NCBI GenBank assembly: GCA_031555055.1 | Contig: JAVBUT010000006.1 | Span: forward strand, 3,886-67,885 | Source of the DNA: Alphaproteobacteria bacterium | Lineage (GTDB): Bacteria; Pseudomonadota; Alphaproteobacteria; Rs-D84 | Length of the DNA: 64,000 nucleotides | Direction: 5' to 3' | Part shown: positions 34,037 to 40,692 of the stretch, piece after piece | Layout of the letters: the number at the start of each line of letters is the position of its first letter | How positions within the stretch are numbered: position 1 is the first letter of the stretch | Translations under genes and position numbers: made by a program | Notes under the pieces: model-generated | The model's input: only the letters and a program-made list of their open reading frames with translations | Told to the model about the DNA's origin: nothing | Databases searched by the model: none

Positions 34037-34060
34037 AATATTAGTACTATTAATAAATTA

Positions 34061-34090
34061 CAAAAAAATCCCGCAACGCGGGATTTTTTT
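34061..34090. terminator. AAAAAAATCCCGCAACGCGGGATTTTTTT hairpin, copy 2 (3' of rplI)
   Basis: Identical core. Direct repeat bracketing 33029-33973 and its promoter. Confidence 0.7.
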
Positions 34091-34105
34091 TAAACACCCA
34101 GAATA

Positions 34106-34753
34106 TTATTCTGCGGACTCTTCTGCAACCTCGGCCTTTTTGGCGCGCGGTTTGCGTGCCGGTTTGGCTTCGGTTGTTTCTTCGGAAACTTCGGCAGTTT
34201 CTTCGGATTTTTCAGCTTTCGCTTCTGCTTCTGGGGCTTCTACTTCCTCAATCTTTTTGGTGCCGAATGTCAGAACCTTGCCGGCGACCAATGCGTCGAT
34301 TTCATCCTGGGTCTGGGCGACATAGACCTTGATCGGAACGATAACGTCCGCGTGCAGCGCGACACGTGTATCAAACGCACCGACGGATTTGATCGGACTG
34401 CCCAGCAATACCTGGGCGGATTCAACTTCGACCTTGGCGATTTCAGTCAGCATACGCGCAATGTCGCGGGATGATACAGAACCGTACAGGTGTCCGGTAT
34501 CGCCAGCCTGGCGGATCATGTGCAGTTTTGCGTTTTTGATCGCGTCCACTTTGCCGGTCGCTGTATTTTTGGCGGCTTCTTGACGCGCCTGCAGTTCGGC
34601 CTTTTTCGATTCGAACAGCGCGACATTGGCAGTTGACCAGCGCATAGCCTTGTTATTCGGCAACAAATAGTTGCGCGCAAAGCCTGTTTTTACTTCGACG
34701 GTGTCGCCGATATTGCCCAGGCGGTTAATTTTTTCTGTCAGTATTACTTTCAT
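34106..34753 (-). CDS. rplI: 50S ribosomal protein L9 with acidic C-terminal extension
   Basis: MKVILTEKINRLGNIGDTVEVKTGFARNYLLP. Confidence 0.93.
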   Translation of the reverse strand: MKVILTEKINRLGNIGDTVEVKTGFARNYLLPNNKAMRWSTANVALFESKKAELQARQEAAKNTATGKVDAIKNAKLHMIRQAGDTGHLYGSVSSRDIARMLTEIAKVEVESAQVLLGSPIKSVGAFDTRVALHADVIVPIKVYVAQTQDEIDALVAGKVLTFGTKKIEEVEAPEAEAKAEKSEETAEVSEETTEAKPARKPRAKKAEVAEESAE

Positions 34754-34771
34754 TTTATCTGTCCTCTTTTA

Positions 34772-34901
34772 ATTTCTGATTCATGATTTCTGATTTATGA
34801 TTTTTATCAGAAATACAACATCCAGAGTTAGAGTGACTTCCATTTATCTAATTACAAACTTCCAACCTAAATCAGAAATCAGAAATCAGAAATCAGAAAT
34901 C
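34772..34901. repeat. inverted heptamer arrays (TTTCTGA.. / ..AAATCAG x4.5) filling the rpsR-rplI spacer
   Basis: ATTTCTGATTCATGATTTCTGATTTATGATTT on the left and AAATCAGAAATCAGAAATCAGAAATCAGAAATCA on the right, abutting the rpsR stop. Confidence 0.8.
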
Positions 34902-35127
34902 AACCCAAATTGTTGCGTACAAACGGTACCAATCCCAAATGACGTGCGCGTTTGATGGCCACGGCCAGCGCGCGCTGATCTTTTTGGGAAACGCCGGAAA
35001 TGCGGGACGGTATGATTTTACCGCGTTCGGTAACATAGTGCCCCAACGTCTTGACGTCTTTATAGTCGATTGCTTTGCCCTTTAACGGGTTTGATTTTTT
35101 GCGATAGATCGCGGCTCTTACTGCCAT
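34900..35127 (-). CDS. rpsR: 30S ribosomal protein S18
   Basis: [47 protein letters not shown]. Confidence 0.95.
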   Translation of the reverse strand: MAVRAAIYRKKSNPLKGKAIDYKDVKTLGHYVTERGKIIPSRISGVSQKDQRALAVAIKRARHLGLVPFVRNNLG

Positions 35128-35465
35128 TATTCAACCTCTTCTGTATTTTTCTTCATCATAATAGAAGGAGTTGTTGCCAATTCTTCTACACGTACATTCA
35201 AGAAACGAATTACGTCTTCGTCGATACGCAGACGGCGTTCGAATTCCGTAACCGCACTGCCCGGCATATCAACGTTCAGCATGACATAGTGCGCCTTGCG
35301 ATTTTTACGAATGATATAGGCCAGGTTTTTCAATCCCCAGAATTCTGTGGATTTAACAGAGCCTTTCAACTCTTTGATGATGTCGGTGTATTTTGCCGCT
35401 TTTTCTTTGACCTGCGGTTCGGTCAGGTCCTGGCGAAAAACCAGAACGCTTTCATAGAATGCCAT
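35127..35465 (-). CDS. rpsF: 30S ribosomal protein S6
   Basis: [21 protein letters not shown]...[19 protein letters not shown]. Confidence 0.95.
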   Translation of the reverse strand: MAFYESVLVFRQDLTEPQVKEKAAKYTDIIKELKGSVKSTEFWGLKNLAYIIRKNRKAHYVMLNVDMPGSAVTEFERRLRIDEDVIRFLNVRVEELATTPSIMMKKNTEEVE

Positions 35466-35556
35466 TTTATTTCCTATGGTTTAATCAGCCAACGACCCCA
35501 TGTCTTTGGCAGGAACAGGCGTATTATGAACATTTTTCCGACAATTGCAAGGAAAA

Positions 35557-35661
35557 AGGTGTAGGTGAAGGTGGTGGGGTGACTGGTTATTTATAAATAT
35601 ACTAACAAATGCGGCTGGCTGGTCAAATCACCCTCACCTACACCTTCACCTTCAACTACAC
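35557..35661. repeat. inverted hexamer or short-repeat arms (GTAGGTGAAGGTGGTGGGGTGA ... TCACCCTCACCTACACCTTCACC)
   Basis: Located in the rpsF / motA-like divergent region. Confidence 0.7.
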
Positions 35662-35721
35662 TTTTCCCTATTGACTTAATCTATGTATTTTTATTACCAT
35701 TTTCTTGGTAAGAGAGACAAT

Positions 35722-36504
35722 ATGAATAACCAGTTTCACAGAAATCTTAACAGAATGGCGGTGTTTACGGCGTTTTTGGCCGTTTTGGTAATACTGTTTC
35801 ATGGTGAATTTCTGCGGATTGCGATGACGAACATATGGCTGAACGGCATAATTATCGGCGCAACCATATTCGGAATTGGGCTGTGCTTTGTTGATATTTT
35901 TCGTCTGTTGCCGGAATACAAATGGCTGAAGACATACTTTAAAAATGGCCAAAAAGCCGACTTGCCCCCGCGTTTGTTGAAACCAGTCGCCATGATTCTG
36001 ATGGGTGACAAAATGGGTAAGCCTGTATCGCCGACCACCATGGCCAGCTTTTTGGATATGATTTTATTACGATTCGAAGACCAGCGCGAATCCGTCAGAT
36101 ACATCACAAACACACTGATATTTTTGGGATTGCTGGGAACGTTTTGGGGTCTGATACATACCGTCGGCGGATTTGCCGAATTGGTCAGTGGGCTGAACTT
36201 TGACGACGCGAATATTATGAATGCACTCCAGGCTGGTGTATCGAAACCATTGGCCGGAATGGGCACGGCGTTTACTTGTTCACTGTTCGGTTTGGCTGGG
36301 TCTTTGATCGTCGGGTTTTTGGGATGGCAAGTCCAACTGGCCCAGAATGCGATATTCCGCGAACTGGAAGACAATCTGGCCGCGCGCGCCAGAATTATGG
36401 ACATTGCGGCCGAACCGGTTGACCTGAACACAGCGACCAAGGATTTGTACCAGGCTGTACAGAAATTGGAAAAAACAGTTTCAAAAATAACATTTAACAA
36501 ATAA
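35722..36504 (+). CDS. MotA/TolQ/ExbB-family proton-channel protein
   Basis: Start at internal ATG 35722. TM helices plus LGLLGTFWGL...GMGTAFTCSLFGLAGSL, the family signature. Confidence 0.75.
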   Translation: MNNQFHRNLNRMAVFTAFLAVLVILFHGEFLRIAMTNIWLNGIIIGATIFGIGLCFVDIFRLLPEYKWLKTYFKNGQKADLPPRLLKPVAMILMGDKMGKPVSPTTMASFLDMILLRFEDQRESVRYITNTLIFLGLLGTFWGLIHTVGGFAELVSGLNFDDANIMNALQAGVSKPLAGMGTAFTCSLFGLAGSLIVGFLGWQVQLAQNAIFRELEDNLAARARIMDIAAEPVDLNTATKDLYQAVQKLEKTVSKITFNK

Positions 36505-36611
36505 CATTTAACAACTGGTCCGAGAAATGAAAGAAAATATTGTAACAATAAAAACAACAAAAAACAGTCTTGAAAAAAATTGTTAAATGTTAATTAGAGG
36601 GGGAGAGAAAA

Positions 36612-37808
36612 ATGCTAAATATCAGATTTCGTGAAAAGACCAATACTTGGCCAGGGTTTGTGGATTTGTTTTCCAACCTGGTCATCATACTGATTTTTCT
36701 GTTGATTGTATTTGTTTTCCTGTGGACAACCACCAGCGTGTTTAACAAAAACACCGGCATGAAAACTGTCGCAGAACTAAAGAAAACAACGGCGGAACAG
36801 GAACAGACAATCGCCCAGATGTCCGCAGACGAACAGGAAGCGAAACGGTTGCTGATTCTGGCGCGTGGCGAACTGGAAAATCTGGACGCGCAGCGTGTGG
36901 CGCTGGCTGACCAGACCGCCGCCCTCGAAGCGCAAAAAAAACAGCTGGAAAGCGAAGTCGGCCTGCTGTCGAACGATGTCGCGGCACTGGATAACGAATT
37001 GAACCAGACAGACCAGGCGGTCACAGAACTGGTTAATGCTTATGAAGCAAAGATCGCAGAAATGCAGGCATCCGGCCAAGACATGTCGGCCGAAATTGAA
37101 AATCTGCGCGCCCAATTGACCGCGGCTGTTTTATCTGCGGAACAAAACGCAAATCTGGATGCGGAACGCCGCCAGATGCAGGCGGATATGGAAGCCCAGC
37201 GTCAATCGCTATCGCAACAATTGGCAGAGCTGCAAACTGCATTGGACGCAGCGGATGCGCGCGCATCGGCCCAAGAAATTCAATATGTGGAAATGTCAAC
37301 ACGCCTGAACCGCGCGCTGGCGGATAAAATTGCAGAATTAAACAAGGTCAGCGCATACCAGTCCGAATTTTACAAGGCGATTAAAATGGCACTGGGGGAT
37401 CGCACATCGATTCGCCAAGAAGGCGACAGATTTATCGTATCCAGCGACATCCTGTTCGCCAGCGGCGAATACACTTTGTCTGCCGAAGGTAAAAATCAAT
37501 TGCACCTGATCGCAAACGTTATACGTGATCTGGAAAACAAAATCCCAACCGATGTGAATTGGATTATCCGCGTTGACGGCCATACCGACAAAAAGCCTGT
37601 GGTACCTGGAAACCGCGCGTATAAAAATAATATCCAGCTGTCATTGCTGCGCGCGACGGCGGTCGCGAATGAATTGGCGCGCGACGGCGTGTCCCAGCGC
37701 CGACTGGTCCCGTCGGGCTTTGGCGAACTGCATCCGATTGAATTGGGCAACGATCCGGTTTCATTGCAAAAGAACCGCCGCATAGAATTGCAATTAACAA
37801 ACAGATAG
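36612..37808 (+). CDS. MotB-like protein: N-terminal TM with conserved Asp, ~200-aa coiled coil, C-terminal OmpA peptidoglycan-binding domain
   Basis: WPGFVDLFSNLVIILIFLL (Asp before the TM). Long heptad-like Q/E/A-rich region. RVDGHTDKKP...NIQLSLLRATAVANEL...NRRIELQL. Confidence 0.8.
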   Translation: MLNIRFREKTNTWPGFVDLFSNLVIILIFLLIVFVFLWTTTSVFNKNTGMKTVAELKKTTAEQEQTIAQMSADEQEAKRLLILARGELENLDAQRVALADQTAALEAQKKQLESEVGLLSNDVAALDNELNQTDQAVTELVNAYEAKIAEMQASGQDMSAEIENLRAQLTAAVLSAEQNANLDAERRQMQADMEAQRQSLSQQLAELQTALDAADARASAQEIQYVEMSTRLNRALADKIAELNKVSAYQSEFYKAIKMALGDRTSIRQEGDRFIVSSDILFASGEYTLSAEGKNQLHLIANVIRDLENKIPTDVNWIIRVDGHTDKKPVVPGNRAYKNNIQLSLLRATAVANELARDGVSQRRLVPSGFGELHPIELGNDPVSLQKNRRIELQLTNR

Positions 37809-38074
37809 GAATCAGAATTTTAGGAATCAGGAATCAGTAGGGGCGCAGTCCGAAACGCGCCCCTACGCACCGTCGCGTCTCACCCCGCTTGCGGGGGGAG
37901 TCCGTCCGCAGGACGGGAGGGGGGTGATATACGATTTGCGCCCCTACGATTTATGTTTACAAGAAAAAAGGGCGCAAATATGCGCCCCTACAAATTTCGG
38001 TTCACGAGAACAAGGGCGCGTTTCGGACTGCGCCCCTACTGATTCCTGATTCCTAATTCCTGATTCCTGATTCC
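37808..38074. repeat. composite BIME-like element: GGAATCA heptamers, four REP units, a GC-rich double-hairpin element, inverted CTGATTCC heptamers
   Basis: REP units at 37837-37866, about 37937-37947 (half unit), 37970-37991 and 38014-38039. TCACCCCGCTTGCGGGGGGAG..GAGGGGGGTGA element at 37871-37930. Heptamer arms at 37808-37836 and 38040-38074. Confidence 0.8.
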
Positions 38075-38076
38075 TT

Positions 38077-38106
38077 AAAAAAACCGGCGAACGCCGGTTT
38101 TTTTTA
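38077..38106. terminator. bidirectional terminator between the motB-like and P2 3' ends
   Basis: AAAAAAACCGGCGAACGCCGGTTTTTTTTT. Confidence 0.7.
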
Positions 38107-40620
38107 CATCTTTATGTCTTCACATTTTGGTTCGGATACTTTGGTTTCACATGATGTGTTGCGGCTGTTGTGGAACCATGAACTGCTGCCTGTGGTTTTG
38201 CAATCTTCGGTCATTGTCGTCGTACAGACATGACAGTTGCGATCCGCGCGATTGAATATCGCGGTCGTTTCCTTGGTCATGCCGCCGCCTTCCAACTTTC
38301 CGCCACCCAAATATCCGGTATTGCTGAACTTTACACCGCCGGCTTTTAAGACACCTGCCCCGCCACGTGTCAAATCCGCCAGCGTCAATCCCGCGCCGAC
38401 ATCGTATGAAATCGCATACGGCGGTGTCAGCGGCGTATCAAGGCTGACATTGCCCAATCCGGCGACACTGCTGCCTTCGGCAATTTTCTGACACATGTAC
38501 TGCGCCAGGTCCGCGGACGCGTCTTTGGTCGCGTCTGCAACGGCGGCGGTAAATTTCGCGTTATAGTTATCGTTCGCCTTGCGCAGTGCGCTTGCAGCGA
38601 TCTGGACCTTGACCGAGTTCAATATGTTCGGATAACGTGCAGTCGTGCTTTTCGCCTTGCCCGTGATTTGCGACATATCGCGGCCGTTTATACAGTATTG
38701 GATTTCCTGGTCCTGTTCGATCATCTTGATCGTACGGTTGATTGACCCGGCGATATGGTTCAGCTCTTCGGATATCGACGACATGATTCCGTCAAAGTTC
38801 GCGACGCCAGCGTTCCGGTTCCGCACCTGTTCCAGATAATCCTGGACACCGATTTCACCCGGTCCCAACTTTACGACTTTATTGTTAACCCGTTCGGTTA
38901 TTTTGCCGGTTTCATCGCCCATTTTGACACTGCCGAATGAAATCATTCCGGTCACGCGATAGACATTGCCGTCTTTTTGCGCACGCAAAGAATTTGTTCC
39001 AATAACATCGTCTTTGGCGAACATGGTGTCACAGTTCGTGGTACCGCCACAGACTTCGGCCATTTTGCGATCGACGGCCGCCTGGCACGCATCGGCCAAG
39101 GAATTATCGATATTCAGATACAGTCCGGTCAGCATAGTGTCCAGATCAGACATCGCGAATTTCGGATTATTTTTCCGACACACGACCAGTTTATCCAGCG
39201 GGCAAATTTCGCGGATATATCTGTAATCCATACCGATACAGTTTGTAAAATCGGTTCCACAACGATCGGGTGATGTAAAGCATTCTTTGACCTCGGCCGT
39301 GCAAGCGTCGACACGCTGGGCCGCCAGTTTATCGGTTACATATGTCCATATATTTGGTTCCATACGTTCACAGCGGTCAATTTCAACCTTGCAGAAACTG
39401 CGCGCCATATTCGGATACGCCAAGCACGCATCCATGGTTGCGACACCTTTGCCTTCGATATCGACCTTGCACGAATTCAATACGCATTCCGAAACCGTCG
39501 TCAGACATCCTTGGCGCATTTTCGATTCGGCGGTTTGTTCCGCGACTTTTATCGTCGGCGCGGCTTCACGCAGAAACGCCGGATAAACCATATCGCGCAC
39601 AACGACACAACTGTTTAAAACGTTTTCGCAAATCGTGCGTTTCGCATCTAACATTTCCAAAGTAGAATCTGTTATGTCATACACCGACACATGCGCAACC
39701 TTGGTTTTCGCAGTAGATTTCGCCGTTAAATTTTGCATATTTTCCGACGCGATGCTTGAAACGCATTTCGACCAGTCGGCCCCGCACGCGTCGTTTCCTT
39801 GCATACATTCGCGGAATTTGACCATACACTGCCCCAGGTCGTATTGGTTCGCGGCCTTGAAACTGGCGTCCAGCGCGCCACGGACCGCAGCGTTCGCTTC
39901 GGCCAATTCCAGATCAGCCGCCGCTTTTTCTTTTGTGACAAAGTTCTCGAACGTTTTGCAGTCCGACTTTATCTGGGTCGAATACATCTGGGTCAGGAAC
40001 GACATTTCCTTTGTGCAAGAATCCGGCAATTGGCCGCGGCACAAAGTGTTCGCAGAGTTATACAGCGCGGCGCCTTTTTTGGTCGCAATAGAATCAATTA
40101 TGTCTTCGGAAAATTCTTCTTCGTACGGCGTTTCAAACAGCGCCATCAAGTCTGCACGCTTTTTCGCCTTGTCTTCTGCCGCGGTTACGGATGTGGATTT
40201 TATAATATTCCCAGCGGCGTCATAGTTGCGCATTCCGCCGAATATAATATCTTCACGACCACCGGCCTGGATACGTTCTACTTCGATGGTTCTGATATTT
40301 TCCGCATTGGCTTTTTGTGTTTCTATATCGGCCAGTTGTTTTAAAAACTTTTCATTTTCATCACTGCACGCGCATGATCCGCCGGCAGCATTATCAACAA
40401 TGCAAAACTGGTCCATGCATCCGTAATATTTGTCATAGCATTCCTGGGTGAACAATCCCGTCGGCGCAACCTTGGCACGGACATTTGTGCCGGATTGCAC
40501 AACCGATTGGCTTTTTGTTGCGGCCGTTCGCACAGACGACGATGGCGCCGGCGCCGCGAACACTGGCAAAATGAAAAATGAAAAATGAAAAATGAAAAAT
40601 GATGTTAAAATTTTTCTCAT
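38104..40620 (-). CDS. giant cysteine-rich secreted protein, family member P2
   Basis: True start MRKILTSFFIFHFSFFILPVFA at 40620. The track ORF adds MVGADIICPK.. read through a REP. Signature CYDKYYGCMDQFCIVDNAAGGSCACS. C-terminus NCHVC...CEDIKM. Confidence 0.85.
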   Translation of the reverse strand: MRKILTSFFIFHFSFFILPVFAAPAPSSSVRTAATKSQSVVQSGTNVRAKVAPTGLFTQECYDKYYGCMDQFCIVDNAAGGSCACSDENEKFLKQLADIETQKANAENIRTIEVERIQAGGREDIIFGGMRNYDAAGNIIKSTSVTAAEDKAKKRADLMALFETPYEEEFSEDIIDSIATKKGAALYNSANTLCRGQLPDSCTKEMSFLTQMYSTQIKSDCKTFENFVTKEKAAADLELAEANAAVRGALDASFKAANQYDLGQCMVKFRECMQGNDACGADWSKCVSSIASENMQNLTAKSTAKTKVAHVSVYDITDSTLEMLDAKRTICENVLNSCVVVRDMVYPAFLREAAPTIKVAEQTAESKMRQGCLTTVSECVLNSCKVDIEGKGVATMDACLAYPNMARSFCKVEIDRCERMEPNIWTYVTDKLAAQRVDACTAEVKECFTSPDRCGTDFTNCIGMDYRYIREICPLDKLVVCRKNNPKFAMSDLDTMLTGLYLNIDNSLADACQAAVDRKMAEVCGGTTNCDTMFAKDDVIGTNSLRAQKDGNVYRVTGMISFGSVKMGDETGKITERVNNKVVKLGPGEIGVQDYLEQVRNRNAGVANFDGIMSSISEELNHIAGSINRTIKMIEQDQEIQYCINGRDMSQITGKAKSTTARYPNILNSVKVQIAASALRKANDNYNAKFTAAVADATKDASADLAQYMCQKIAEGSSVAGLGNVSLDTPLTPPYAISYDVGAGLTLADLTRGGAGVLKAGGVKFSNTGYLGGGKLEGGGMTKETTAIFNRADRNCHVCTTTMTEDCKTTGSSSWFHNSRNTSCETKVSEPKCEDIKM
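40568..40601. repeat. heptanucleotide tandem repeat (AAAAATG x4 plus a partial unit) inside the signal-peptide codons of P2
   Basis: Minus-strand TTTTTCA units encode ..SFFIFHFSFFIL... The unit length is not a multiple of 3. Confidence 0.85.
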
Positions 40621-40639
40621 GCTCTCTCTCTTTACTTTT

Positions 40640-40692
40640 GGGCAGATGATATCTGCCCCTACCATACTTGGGCGAATATGATTCGCCCCTAC
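40640..40692. repeat. REP doublet in the P3-P2 intergenic spacer
   Basis: GGGCAGATGATATCTGCCCCTAC and GGGCGAATATGATTCGCCCCTAC. Confidence 0.8.

Noticed and set aside
35722-37808. MotA/MotB-like pair as a Zorya defence system or a flagellar stator.
   Set aside because: The A subunit lacks the long ZorA tail, and no ZorC/D-like or flagellar genes are nearby. Kept only as an orphan stator-like pair.
40621-40665. N-terminal extensions of track ORFs (MVGADIICPK.. on P2; 42807-42905 on P3; 53777-53827 on ccrM; also on tsf, ctpA, envC-like, slt, ppiD, grpE, recO and motA-like).
   Set aside because: The extensions read through REPs or promoters. Internal ATGs give proper signal peptides or conserved N-termini with an RBS.
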